Below, one piece after another: positions 50,511-60,929 of a DNA stretch of 64,000 nucleotides. Made by a program: the position numbers and the translations under genes. Location of the stretch: the NCBI GenBank assembly GCA_963752475.1, contig CAVVYR010000007.1, forward strand, positions 32,001-96,000. Direction: 5' to 3'. Position 1 is the stretch's first letter. Each line of letters opens with the position of its first letter. Source of the stretch: an uncultured Chloroflexia bacterium. GTDB taxonomy: Bacteria > Chloroflexota > Limnocylindria > Limnocylindrales > CSP1-4. The notes under the pieces are model-generated. The model ran no database searches. It saw nothing but the letters and a program-made list of their open reading frames with translations, and had not been told where the DNA came from.

Positions 50511-50945
50511 CTAGCCGTGGTTGAGGTAGATCGTCTTCTTCTGCAGGTACTGCTCGATGCCGTGGACGCCGTCTTCGCCACCGATACCACTGGTCTTGTG
50601 GCCGGTGTGGAAGCCCTGGATCTGACCGGTGATGGGCTGGTTGATGAAGATGGTGCCCGTCTCGAGGTGGTTGATGGCGTGGATCATCGTCTTGTAGTCG
50701 TTGGTCCAGAGGTAGGCCGAGAGACCCTCTTCGCGGGCGTTGGTCAAGGCCAGCGCCTCCTCGTAACCGGAGATCTTGGTGATGGGCATGACCGGGCCGA
50801 AGAGCTCGTCGGCCACGGCGGCACCGCCCGGCTTGACGTTGTGCAGGATGGTCGGCTCGAACCAGTTGCCGTTCTGGAAGTACTCGCCCTCGGGCACCTT
50901 GCCGCCGAGTAGCAGGTCAGCACGTTTCATCTCGACGATCATGTC
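50511..50945 (-). pseudogene. C-terminal fragment of an aldehyde dehydrogenase (AldA-like)
   Basis: [48 protein letters not shown]...Y.QKK; N-terminal two-thirds absent. Confidence 0.85.
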
Positions 50946-50984
50946 GAGCAGCCAGAGGGCACGCTCCTCGCGTAGCGCCAGCGC

Positions 50985-51326
50985 GAACAGTTGCGGCAGC
51001 ATCCGGCGTGTCATCCCCGACCTCATCGACGCCGGCGTGGAGATTCTCAACCTCGTCCAGTACACCGCCAACGACATGGACACCGCCGAGCTGAAGCGCG
51101 AGTTCGGGGCCGATCTCACCTTCTGGGGTGGTGGCATCGAGACGCAGAAGACGCTGCCGACAGGCTCGGTGCAGGACGTCATCGACGAAACGAAGAAGCA
51201 GCTCGACATCCTCATGCCTGGCGGCGGCTTCGTCTTCGCCAGGTCCACACCATCCAGTGGGGCACGCCGGTCGAGAACGTCTTCGCCATGTGGGACACCG
51301 TCCGTGAGTACGGCGTCTACGGTTAG
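50985..51326 (+). pseudogene. C-terminal fragment of a uroporphyrinogen decarboxylase/MtaA-family protein (frameshift near 51240)
   Basis: SCGSI...[18 protein letters not shown]...LK.EFG..LTFWGGG...Q..LP.G, GGGFVF..VH.IQ...P.EN. Confidence 0.85.
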
Positions 51327-51455
51327 GCTCCGACGTGGCTGATCGTATTGCCCGAACCGCGCCAGCTCTCGTGTCGCGATCTGCGGCGGCTACACTCAGG
51401 CCGTCCCGGACACCCAGGCGCACTCACTCGTTGAATCACTACCCAGGAGCAACCG

Positions 51456-51893
51456 ATGGCCAAGAAGCGATACCAGCGTGACGCCAGGCGGCGCATCCTC
51501 GACTCGCTCATGGGGATCGTCACCCGTCTCGGAATGAGCTCCCGCGTGGGCAGCATCGTGACCACCGGTCGGACCTCGGGGCAGCCCCGTTCCACGCCGG
51601 TCGATCTCATCCACATGGACGGCCAGCTCCATGTCGTGGGCATCTACGGCGCCAGGTCATGGGTCCTCAACCTCCGGGCCGATCCGGCCTGTCGCATCCG
51701 GGCGCGGGGCGGCGAGTCCGCCTACACCGCCGTCGAGCTGCCGCCCGTCGAGGGCGCTCCGGTCTTGCGTCGCTACCTGGAGGACTCATCCTTCGTACGC
51801 GACTACCAAGAGGTCGGGCCAGACGCTTCGGACGAGGAGATGCTCGCCGCGGCCGCCGATCGGCCGGTCTTCCGACTCGATCGCGCCGAGTAG
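51456..51893 (+). CDS. Deazaflavin (F420)-dependent nitroreductase / DUF385-like protein
   Basis: AGGAG RBS; TTGR.SGQPRSTPV, YGARSWV.NLRA.P, RPVFRL. Confidence 0.8.
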   Translation: MAKKRYQRDARRRILDSLMGIVTRLGMSSRVGSIVTTGRTSGQPRSTPVDLIHMDGQLHVVGIYGARSWVLNLRADPACRIRARGGESAYTAVELPPVEGAPVLRRYLEDSSFVRDYQEVGPDASDEEMLAAAADRPVFRLDRAE

Positions 51894-51949
51894 GTCAGAA
51901 TCCAGTCCAACGACCCAAGCGGGGTCGCTCCGCACCCAGAGGTTCTTCC

Positions 51950-52534
51950 ATGGTCGCCACCAACTCCACGATGCTTCCGCTCGGCACCAGCGCGCCAGAC
52001 TTCACCCTGCGCGACGCCACCACCGGCGCCGACGTCTCGCTCACCGACTTCGACGACAAGCCCGTCGTGCTGGTGATGTTCATCAGCAACCACTGTCCCT
52101 ACGTCAAGCACGTGGCCGAGGAGCTGGGCCGGCTGGGCAGCGAGTACGGCCCGCAGGGCGTGGGCATCGTCGCCATCGGCAGCAACGACACCGAGAACTA
52201 CCCCGACGACGCACCCGTCCATATGGTCGAGTTCGCGGCCGCCAATGGCTTCACCTTCCCGTACCTGCACGACGAGACTCAAGGTGCGGCGCTGGCCTAC
52301 CGTGCCGCCTGTACACCCGACTTCTTCGTCTTCGACACCGATCGCAAGCTCGTCTACCGCGGGCAGCTCGATGGCGCCCGTCCCTCGAACGAGGTGCCGG
52401 TCGATGGTCGTGACCTGCGAGCCGCCCTGGACGCAGCGCTCGACGGTGCCCCCATCCCCGAGCCGCAGGTGCCGAGCATGGGCTGCAACATCAAGTGGAA
52501 GGCCGGCAACGCCCCCGACTACTTCCCTGGCTGA
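51950..52534 (+). CDS. Thioredoxin-fold AhpC/TSA family protein
   Basis: LGTSAPDFTL, MFI.NHCPYV.H, YPDD.P..M, FPYL.DETQ..A..Y.AACTPDFF, Y.G.LD, PSMGCNIKW. Confidence 0.92.
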   Translation: MVATNSTMLPLGTSAPDFTLRDATTGADVSLTDFDDKPVVLVMFISNHCPYVKHVAEELGRLGSEYGPQGVGIVAIGSNDTENYPDDAPVHMVEFAAANGFTFPYLHDETQGAALAYRAACTPDFFVFDTDRKLVYRGQLDGARPSNEVPVDGRDLRAALDAALDGAPIPEPQVPSMGCNIKWKAGNAPDYFPG

Positions 52535-53133
52535 TGGCCGGCGCGAACCGCGAGCGGCTGCGTGGTCGCAAGGTCTGGCTGCGCGCGCTCGAGGAGGCCG
52601 ACCTGCCGGCCTACAAGCGGGCCATCAACTCGGTCGAGGTCGGGTCCTGGGCCGGGTACCCCTGGCCGCACTCCGATGGCACCGTCGAGCTCTGGTTCGA
52701 AGCGGTGCGGACGCGCCATGGTCACGGCGAGTACTGGTTCGCGGTCTCGCCACTCGGATCGGACGAGTTCATCGGCACCGTCTGGCTCTGGTCCAAGGGC
52801 GATCGACTCGACGGGCTGGAGCTGTCGGTCTTCGTGGCCGAGGAAGCCGGCCTGGGCACCGGCATCGGTAGCGATGCTATCGATGTCGCGCTCGACTTCA
52901 TCTTCGGCAGCTACGAGATCGAGCGTGTCTGGTTGACCACAGAAACGGAGAACGCACGCGCCGTCCGCGCCTTCGAGAAGAGCGGCTTCCGCGTGGACGG
53001 CACGGTCCGCCACCACTTCCGGCGGGAGGGGCAGTGGCGCGACTCCGCGCTGATGGCCATCACGCGCGATGACTGGGAGGCGCTGGAGCGGCCGCGGAGC
53101 TGGGAGCTCAACGGCTTCGCGGCGGAGACGTGA
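52534..53133 (+). CDS. GNAT N-acetyltransferase (RimJ/RimL type)
   Basis: KVWLRALEEADL, G.GIG.DA, ERVWL....EN.RA.R.FEK.GF...G..R. Confidence 0.9.
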   Translation: MAGANRERLRGRKVWLRALEEADLPAYKRAINSVEVGSWAGYPWPHSDGTVELWFEAVRTRHGHGEYWFAVSPLGSDEFIGTVWLWSKGDRLDGLELSVFVAEEAGLGTGIGSDAIDVALDFIFGSYEIERVWLTTETENARAVRAFEKSGFRVDGTVRHHFRREGQWRDSALMAITRDDWEALERPRSWELNGFAAET

Positions 53134-53834
53134 CCGAACTCGCCGAGCTGCCGGTCGCGGCCCGACGCTGGCTCGGTCGCGCGACGCCGCACGGTCAGGT
53201 CGAGCTCTCGCACATCGCCATGAGCCAGACCGGGACGCTCGAGTCCGCCGACCGCTGGCTGGCGTTCCGTTCCGAGGCCACGTACCGCCCGAACCCGTTG
53301 GCCTTCGAGTGGCGCGCGCGGATGAGGGTGATGCTCGGGATCTGGGTCATCGCCACCGACGGACATGCCGATGGCGATGGCTGGGGCGGAGCCAAGCTCT
53401 GGGGCCTCAAGTCGATCGGTGCCAAGTCGGGTCCCGAGGTCCATGCGACCCAGCTCATCCGCAACATCGCCGAGCTGGTTTGGGTGCCCGACATCGCGCT
53501 GGCCGACCCTCGGCTGCGCTGGGGTGGTGGCGCCGAGACCTTCGAGATCCGCGCCGATGCGGCCGATCGTGAGGTCCTCGTCCGCTTCGAGGTGGACCAG
53601 GCGGGCGACATCACGCGGGCCCACAGCCCCGCTCGCCCGTACGACGTGCCCGAGGGTTTCGAGGACGCGCCGTGGCGCTACGACCTGGGCGATCATCGCG
53701 AGATCGACGGCGTGCGCATGCCGGCCTCGGTCGTGGCCACCTACCTGCTGCCAGACGAGCCGTGGGAGTACCTGCGAGCGCAGGTCACGAGCAGGCAGCG
53801 CTTCAGGGCCGGCGAGTCAGAGCCCTCGGCCTAA
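53130..53834 (+). CDS. DUF6544/DUF6920-like hypothetical protein
   Basis: LAELP..ARRWL, Q.G, W..F, F.W.AR, R..AE..W.P, GVRMP; GTGA overlap. Confidence 0.7.
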   Translation: MTELAELPVAARRWLGRATPHGQVELSHIAMSQTGTLESADRWLAFRSEATYRPNPLAFEWRARMRVMLGIWVIATDGHADGDGWGGAKLWGLKSIGAKSGPEVHATQLIRNIAELVWVPDIALADPRLRWGGGAETFEIRADAADREVLVRFEVDQAGDITRAHSPARPYDVPEGFEDAPWRYDLGDHREIDGVRMPASVVATYLLPDEPWEYLRAQVTSRQRFRAGESEPSA

Positions 53835-53921
53835 CGCTTCGGTCTGGCGTTGGCGACGCTGGCCATCGGGGTGTAGCCTTCCGACCACGTTCAGCAAGTC
53901 ATCCCGTAGTCGAGGTCGTCC

Positions 53922-54686
53922 ATGTCCCGCTCGCTTCCCCGTGTGGCTACGGCCACCGCGCTCACCATCACCGCCGCGATGCTGGCGGTCCCGGCGGCGG
54001 CACAGGAGGGATCCGGCGAGCTCGAGGCGGGTGTGCTCGGTGAGATCCTGCCGTCTGAGGTCGGGGGCGTGCCCATGGACCCGCTGGAGCTCCCGTTCGA
54101 GATCGTCCTCGAGGGTGCCGATCCCGACAACCCCGATGATGTGGCCGGCGTCGCTGCCTTCGAGGCCTTCGCCGAGTCGCAGGGCGCCGGCATCGAGGAC
54201 TTCGTCTTCGGGAACGCGAGCGCGATCGATTTCGACACGGGCACCGGCATCTTGATCTCCGGCGCGCGCTCGACCGACCCGGAGACGACGCCAGACCTCG
54301 CGGCCTTCGTGGAGCTGATGCTGGCCCTCGACCCCGCGCTCACGCCCGGCGACTCCGACATGGCCGTGGAACCGGGCCAGATCGAAGGGCGCGATGTGCT
54401 GCTCGTCTCCCTTGAGGTGCTGCAGGACGGAGTCTTCGACGAGACCGACCACGTGGGCATCTCCGCTGGCGGCTACGCGCTGTTGCTCCAGGGAGACCCC
54501 GAGCCGATCCTCGAGGTCGTGGCCGCCCTCCCTGTCGATGAGGCGGTGCCCGCCGAGGAGACCGACGAGACGTGGAGACCGAGGAGGGCTGATCGACATC
54601 GGAAGGCGGGCACCGGATCCCGAGCGGCGTCCTCGACACCGAGCTCCAGCCACCCCCCAGCACGCCACCGCCACCCGGTCGGGTAG
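53922..54686 (+). CDS. Secreted acidic hypothetical protein (3' end blurred by frameshifts)
   Basis: GAGGT RBS; signal peptide ...MLAVPAAAQ; acidic body. Confidence 0.75.
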   Translation: MSRSLPRVATATALTITAAMLAVPAAAQEGSGELEAGVLGEILPSEVGGVPMDPLELPFEIVLEGADPDNPDDVAGVAAFEAFAESQGAGIEDFVFGNASAIDFDTGTGILISGARSTDPETTPDLAAFVELMLALDPALTPGDSDMAVEPGQIEGRDVLLVSLEVLQDGVFDETDHVGISAGGYALLLQGDPEPILEVVAALPVDEAVPAEETDETWRPRRADRHRKAGTGSRAASSTPSSSHPPARHRHPVG

Positions 54687-54741
54687 CGGCCTCTACCCTG
54701 TCGACAACCGGACCTCCGAGGACTACGCTCCTCACTAGGGG

Positions 54742-56230
54742 GTGTCCACGATGCTGAACGCCAAGCGGCTCTACCTCTACAGCGTCCTGGGTGTACGCTC
54801 GCGATGTTGCTCATGGGGCGTGACATCCATCTTCCGTCTCGCGCTGCAGGCGATAGGGGCCGCCGCGGGCTCCGGAGACGCGGTCGGCGCAGACTGGCGC
54901 GTACGAGCTCAGCCTCCCGGGCCCTTCTGCTCGTGGCCGTGCCGGTGACTGGCGGTCTACCTCATGGCTCATCCGGCGGACCGTCGTTGATCGCTAGCGC
55001 TGCGCGATGCCGACAGCGGCATCGCGATCTGACGCACCAGGCGCATCGCCGCCATCCAGCTTAGAGCCCGGGCTCTACCGCGTGCGCTCTCAAGAGCGAG
55101 TACGGGCCCGCCGGCCACGCGCATCGCTGACCGCGATCCCTCGGTGCATTCGGCGCTCCGTCCTCGCTGAGCGGCGCGCCCGGTGATGGCCACCTCCGCC
55201 TACCTCGACGAAACGTCCCGTCGGATCGTGGCCAGCCGCTGGCCTAGGTTGGCCACATCCGCTGCGCTCGCTCCTCGCCTGCACGACAAGCTGGGAGCCT
55301 CGAGCAGGACATCGCCACTCTCTTCGCGGTCGCCGACAGGCGCCTGCCGCCGGTCGAGTGGGTCGACGCCGGCTGGCCGACGGTCGCCGACTGGGTCCAC
55401 GCCCTCCTGCCTCCGGACGCGCGTCGACTTCCTGGGTGCTGCCCTACAGTGGCTCGTCTTGCCGGCGCGGTCTCCGGAGCCTGCGCATCCTGGCGTTGCG
55501 ATGCCCCGCTCTGGTCGGGACGTATCGCGCCGCTGCTGATGTCGTGCCGCTGCCGCGGGAGGGGCGACCAGCACCGGCTGGTCCGAGGCCGCTCGGCGGC
55601 CCGGCGCTCGGCTCGCGTGCGACGGCTGGCTCGGGGCTCGGAGATCACCCGGGTGGCTCGACCGCCCACGGGGCCTACGATCCGGGCCTGCTCTTGCCGG
55701 ACGTGGCCTGCGCGGATGGCAGCACCGGCCAGGGCTTCGCGCGGCGGTTTCCTCGATGTCGGCCTGGGGCGCTCGCCGCGACTGTGCGCAGGCGTTCTGG
55801 GGCGGACTCGGCGCATGCGAGCCTCGTGCTCGACTGCCTTCTCGGCCCTCGCTGTCGTGGCTACTGGTCGCCCTATGCGGAGCTGGCGTACAGCTCATCC
55901 GTGGGGTTCTCGATCGCTGGTCCTGGATCGAAGCCGGCCTGGGCCTCTCCGCGGCGGACGGGCGCCGTGTGTCGGGCTATCATCTGCTCCTCCTCCGGCC
56001 GTGGCGCCTGGCCGGGCGCCGGTGCCCAGCGGAATCACCGACGGCGAGGGCGCGACCATACCGCAGGGTCGCCGAGACCCAACGCCGAGCTCGCGCCGGC
56101 CGATGCATCGAGCGCTAGGCCGTCAACGCGGCCATCCGAGCCGATCTGCCCGAGGGCTCGGAGATGCGGGTGCTACCCGGACCGAACTGGGGCACGCTCT
56201 GAGCTCAGCGCATCGCGATCGGGGCGAGGC
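54742..56230 (+). pseudogene. Heavily frameshifted polytopic membrane protein (DUF5671-like)
   Basis: Starts MLNAKRLYLYSVLGV; hydrophobic fragments scattered across frames; no continuous ORF. Confidence 0.45.
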
Positions 56231-56484
56231 CGCATCATGACCGTGCGAGGTCGTCGAACTCCGCGCCGGAGCCGCGCGGCGACCACGCCGTACGAGACTG
56301 CGCGCGCCGCCCACGAAGCGCACGGCGCTACAGGCGCTGGCCGGATCATGAGCGGCATGACACCGCGACGAGGCCGGAGGCGGAGAGGCGCGGCACGTCG
56401 AGGTTGTAGGCACACGCTCGGACATCGGTGCCGCTGCAGCGATACCGTTGCCGGAGCCACCAACCCGCACCATCGGATACGCCC

Positions 56485-58187
56485 GTGAACCCGAAGAGCC
56501 CCACGCCCGAGAACCAGCGAGCGACCCTCCGACTTCATCCGCGACATCGTGGCCGCGGACGTCGCGGCCGGCCGGCACGAGACCATCGTGACCCGCTTTC
56601 CGCCGGAGCCCAACGGCCACCTCCATATCGGGCATGCCAAGTCCATCGCGCTGAACTACGGCATCGCCCGGGAGTTCGGCGGTCGCTTCCACCTGCGCTT
56701 CGACGACACCAACCCGGAGAAGGAGGAGCAGGAGTACATCGACGCCATCGAGGAGGACGTGCGCTGGCTCGGTGCCGACTGGGGCGATGACCTGTTCTAT
56801 GCCTCGGACTACTTCGAGCAGCTCTACGAGTGGGCGTTGCACCTCATCGATGAGGGGCTCGCCTACGTCGACGAACTCTCCGCCGAAGAGATCCGCGAGT
56901 ACCGCGGCACGCTTACCGAGCCCGGCCGGCCCAGCCCGTACCGCGATCGCACCCCGCAGGAGAATCGCGATCTGCTGGCCCGCATGCGCGCCGGGGACTT
57001 CCCCAACGGCGGCCCGGTGCTGCGTGCCAAGATCGACATGGCCTCGCCCAACATCAACATGCGCGACCCGGTCCTCTATCGCATCGTGCATGCCTCCCAT
57101 CCCCGCACCGGCGACGCCTGGTGCATCTACCCGACGTACGACTTCGCCCACGGCCAGGGCGACGCCATCGAAGGCATCACGCACTCCATCTGCACGCTCG
57201 AGTTCGAGAACCACCGCCCGCTCTACGACTGGCTCATCGAGCATCTGCCGGTGCCCTCGGTGCCGCACCAGTACGAGTTCGCCCGCCTCAACCTGACCTG
57301 GACGGTGCTGTCCAAGCGCTTCCTGCTCCGGCTCGTCGAGGACGGTCGGGTGCGCGGTTGGGACGATCCGCGCATGCCCACCATCGCCGGCCTGCGCCGG
57401 CGCGGCTATCCGGCGGAAGGCATCCGTGACTTCGCTGCCGCCATCGGCGTGTCCAAGGCCGCCTCCACCGTCGAGCTGGCGCGCCTCGAGTATCACGTCC
57501 GCCAGGTCCTCAACCGCGATGCCCAGCGGCGTATGGCGGTGCTGGATCCCGCTAAAGGTCGTCATCACCAACTACCCCGAGGACGGCGAGGACGAGCTCG
57601 ACGCGGTCAACAACCCCGAAGACGAAGCGGCCGGCAAGCGCAAGGTGCCGTTCTCCCGCGAGCTCTGGATCGAGCGCGGCGACTTCATGGAGGACCCGCC
57701 GCGCAAGTTCTTCCGGCTGGCCCCGGGTCGCGAGGTCCGACTGCGCTACGCCTACTTCATCACCTGCGACGACGTCGTCAAGGACGAGGCCGGCGAGATC
57801 GTCGAGCTGCGCTGCTCGTATGACCCTGCGACGCGCGGCGGCGATGCGCCCGACGGCCGCCGGCCCAAGGCCACGCTGCACTGGGTCTCCGCGAGGCACG
57901 CGGTGGCGGCCGAGGTGCGGGTCTACGAGTCGCTCTTCACGCGTCCCGACCCGGGGGCCGACGGCGACCTGCTCGATGACCTGAACCCCGAGTCCGAGCG
58001 CATCATCCCGCAGGCCTGGATCGAGCCGGCTGCGGCGGAGACCCCTATCGGTGAGACCGTCCAGTTCGAGCGGCTGGGCTACTTCTGCGCTGACCCTGAT
58101 TCGGCCGAAGGCAAGCTGGTCTTCGACCGCACGGTCACGCTCAAGGACACGTGGGCCAGGATGCAGAAGCAGGGCAGGAAGGGCTAG
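56485..58187 (+). CDS. glnS: Glutamine--tRNA ligase (frameshifts near 56520 and 57550)
   Basis: [94 protein letters not shown]. Confidence 0.97.
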
Positions 58188-58789
58188 GGCCGCCCGACCA
58201 GCGTGTAGCTTCCGGGACCAGCGGCCTCGTCCGGGCAGCTGTCCGGCTCGTCCTCGCCCTCCGCGGTGGCCCAGGCGTAGAAGGCGAGCTCGTCAGGGTC
58301 GCCGATCAGCTTGCGGTCGACGCTCAGCGCCAGGGTCGGGCCCTCGACCGCCACGTCCACGACGCCCCAGAAGACCTCATCGCCCTCGGCAGCGGTGGCG
58401 TCGTAGAGTCCGGCTCCCGACTCGGTCATCTGTTCCAGCGTGGCTCCGTGGACGATGAGGGCGTAGTCGGCGTCATCGGGCATCACCGGGTCCGGCTCGG
58501 CCGACACCACCAGCCACAGCTCATCGGTGGTCCAGGTCTCAAGGTCGTATCCCAGTGGCGGATCCGACGCGAACTCCAGCTCGAAGCGGACAAGCAATTC
58601 GAAGGGCTCGCTGACGCTGCAGCCGATGAGGTCTGGTGTGCCCTCGGCGACGTCGCCGAGGGGATCCTCGTAGACCGCCGGTGGCCCCAGCGGCGGCTCC
58701 GTCGGCTCTGCCTCGATGTCGGCGGCAGTCGCCGGTGTCGCCAGCAGCATCGTCGCTGCTACCGTCCATCCAAGTCGGTTCGTACGCAT
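58184..58789 (-). CDS. Secreted acidic hypothetical protein
   Basis: GAGGGGA RBS; signal peptide ...LLATPATA; D..GD...PDL and D.CPD motifs. Confidence 0.75.
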   Translation of the reverse strand: MRTNRLGWTVAATMLLATPATAADIEAEPTEPPLGPPAVYEDPLGDVAEGTPDLIGCSVSEPFELLVRFELEFASDPPLGYDLETWTTDELWLVVSAEPDPVMPDDADYALIVHGATLEQMTESGAGLYDATAAEGDEVFWGVVDVAVEGPTLALSVDRKLIGDPDELAFYAWATAEGEDEPDSCPDEAAGPGSYTLVGRP

Positions 58790-58826
58790 CGTCCGTTCCC
58801 CCTCTGCTGCGGCTCGTCGCAGCGGA

Positions 58827-60146
58827 TCAGCGAGCCTCGAGCGCCTCGGTGATGACCTCCGCCAGCGGCCGTCCCTCTGCCTGGGCCAGTTCGTAGCGCA
58901 CGCGCGTGACCGGCTTCTCGAGCTCGAGCAGCCACGCGAGGTCGATGGGCGTCGCCGCCAGGACGATCGTCGGCATCGGACGCTTCGAGCGTGCCGTCAG
59001 CTCCGCCATCTGCTGCTCGCCGTAGCCCATGGCCGGCACCAGCGGCTCCAGGTCCGGATAGCGCTCGAGCACGGCCTTGATGGAACCGACCGCGACCGGC
59101 TCGGGGTCGACCAGCTCGGCCGCACCGAAGCGCCTGGCGGCTACGACGCCGGCGCCATAGGTCATGCCGCCGTGCGTCAGCGTGGGCCCATCCTCGACCA
59201 CGACCACGCGCTTGTCGCCGATCGACGGCCCGTCGAGGAAGAGGTCCGAACGCGCGGTCAGGATCTCCGCCTCGGGGTTGACCGACTCGATGGTCGCGAT
59301 GACCGCGGCGAGGTCGTCCTCGGAGGCTGAGTCGATCTTGTTGATCACGACCACGTCGGCCATGCGCAGGTTGGTCTCGCCTGGGTGGAAGCGGGTCTCG
59401 TGGCCGGGCCGCAGCGGGTCGACCACGACGATGTAGAGATCGGGCAGGAAGAAGGGCAGGTCGTTGTTGCCGCCGTCCCAGAGCACGACGTCGGCCTCCT
59501 TCTCGGCCTCGCGCAGGATGGCCTCGTAGTCGACCCCGGCGAACACGACCCGGCCGGCCTCGAGATGTGGCTCGTACTCCTCACGCTCCTCGATGGTCGT
59601 GCGGTGGCGGGCGAGGTCCTCGTAGCTCGCGAACCGCTGCACCCGCTGGGCGACGAGGTCGCCGTAGGGCATCGGATGGCGCACCACCACCGAGGTCAGG
59701 CCCTGCTCCTCGAGCGCTGCTGCCACGGCGCGCGTGGTCTGGCTCTTGCCGCAGCCGGTACGCACGGCGCAGACCGCGATCACCGGCTTCGACGACTCGA
59801 GCATGATCCCGCGTGGCCCGATGAGCCCGAAATCCGCGCCGGCCGACATCGCCCGGGAAGCCGCGTGCATGACCGTCTCGTGGGGCACATCGCTATAGCT
59901 GAAGACGACGATGTCGATGTCGTTGTCGTAGATCAGCCGCTCCAGCTCCTCCTCGGGCACGATGGGGATGCCGTCGGGGTAGAGCTCGCCGGCGAGTTCT
60001 GGCGGGTAGCGGCGATCGTCGATGCCGGGGATCTGCGTGGCCGTGAAGGCCACCACCTCGGAGTCCGGATCGTCCCGGTAGACGACGTTGAAGTCATGGA
60101 AGTCACGCCCTGCGGCGCCCATGATGACGACCTTGGCTCGTTCCAC
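58827..60146 (-). CDS. Cyclic 2,3-diphosphoglycerate synthetase-like P-loop GTPase
   Basis: IMGAAGRDFHDFN, AFTATQIP.I..R.YP, AVRTGCGKSQ, RHPMPYGDL, EEREEYEPH, WDGGNND.PF, EDGPTLTHGGM, PAMGY. Confidence 0.88.
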   Translation of the reverse strand: MERAKVVIMGAAGRDFHDFNVVYRDDPDSEVVAFTATQIPGIDDRRYPPELAGELYPDGIPIVPEEELERLIYDNDIDIVVFSYSDVPHETVMHAASRAMSAGADFGLIGPRGIMLESSKPVIAVCAVRTGCGKSQTTRAVAAALEEQGLTSVVVRHPMPYGDLVAQRVQRFASYEDLARHRTTIEEREEYEPHLEAGRVVFAGVDYEAILREAEKEADVVLWDGGNNDLPFFLPDLYIVVVDPLRPGHETRFHPGETNLRMADVVVINKIDSASEDDLAAVIATIESVNPEAEILTARSDLFLDGPSIGDKRVVVVEDGPTLTHGGMTYGAGVVAARRFGAAELVDPEPVAVGSIKAVLERYPDLEPLVPAMGYGEQQMAELTARSKRPMPTIVLAATPIDLAWLLELEKPVTRVRYELAQAEGRPLAEVITEALEAR

Positions 60147-60261
60147 GATCGGCCTCCCGTGCGCCTCGGGCAGCGCTCGACGCAGTACCTTCGAGGTGCA
60201 CCGCGACTGTGCACCCACGTGTCAAGGGGTGCTAGGGCCCTTCGGCCTGTGCGAGTCAGCC

Positions 60262-60642
60262 TCAGGCGGCCAGCAGTGGCACCGAATAGGCGTCGAACGC
60301 GGAGTCACGCGTGACGATGGTCAGGCCCTCGATCCTCGCCTGGGCGATCAGGATGCGATCGAACGGGTCCGCGTGGTGTGGCGGCAGCTCAGCGACCTCT
60401 TGTGCGTGCAGGACGCTGACAGGCAGCTCGCGGAAGCCGTTGCTGGAGATGGCCTCGGCCACGTCGGTCGGCGAGTCGAGACGGCCCTTGCCGCGCTTGA
60501 TCGACATCTCCCATGCCGAGGCGGCACTGAGGTACACGACCCTCGATGGATCCTCCATGGCATCTCGTGCGGCCTCCGACAGGGCTGTTCCGCCCGCCAT
60601 CCACCAGAGAAAGGCGTGAGTGTCGAGAAGGAGGTGCGTCAA
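60262..60642 (-). CDS. vapC: VapC PIN-domain toxin
   Basis: LLLDTHAFLWW, SAASAWEMSIK, LPPHHADPFDRILIAQA. Confidence 0.93.
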   Translation of the reverse strand: MTHLLLDTHAFLWWMAGGTALSEAARDAMEDPSRVVYLSAASAWEMSIKRGKGRLDSPTDVAEAISSNGFRELPVSVLHAQEVAELPPHHADPFDRILIAQARIEGLTIVTRDSAFDAYSVPLLAA

Positions 60643-60893
60643 TCGATCATCCCGAACTCGCGAGCGATCTCCTCATCGACCTCATCGAAGCCCGGCAGCA
60701 TCTTGATCCGGCCCTTCCAGCCTCCAGGCACGCGCGGCTTGCGCTCCTCGCCATAGGGGACCAGCCGGGCTACCGGTCGGCCGTTGCGGGCGATGACGGT
60801 CTCTTCGCCCCGCTCGGCGCGCTCGACCAGCCGCGACAGGTGCGTCTTGGCGGCGTGGATGTTGACGGAGGTCCCGGGCTCGTGCGTGGCCAT
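60639..60893 (-). CDS. Phd/YefM family antitoxin
   Basis: VNIHAAKTHLSRLVE.A..GEE.VIARNG.PVARLVP. Confidence 0.93.
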   Translation of the reverse strand: MATHEPGTSVNIHAAKTHLSRLVERAERGEETVIARNGRPVARLVPYGEERKPRVPGGWKGRIKMLPGFDEVDEEIAREFGMID

Positions 60894-60927
60894 GGACTTA
60901 GTCTAGTCTAGTCCATCCTCGTGTCAA
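60894..60927 (-). promoter_or_regulatory. Leaderless sigma70 promoter overlapped by a GACTTAGTC/TAGTC operator
   Basis: Minus strand TTGACA-N16-TAGACT-N6-ATG; GACTTAGTC at 60895-60903 plus two TAGTC half-sites. Confidence 0.72.
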
Positions 60928-60929
60928 GC

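Noticed and set aside
55358-56488. 376-aa plus-strand ORF
   Set aside because: Patchwork reading across a frameshifted membrane gene; not a coherent protein.
57426-57560. Programmed frameshift or genuinely split glnS
   Set aside because: No slippery heptamer at the break, and it lies next to a visibly error-rich stretch; a sequencing indel is more likely.
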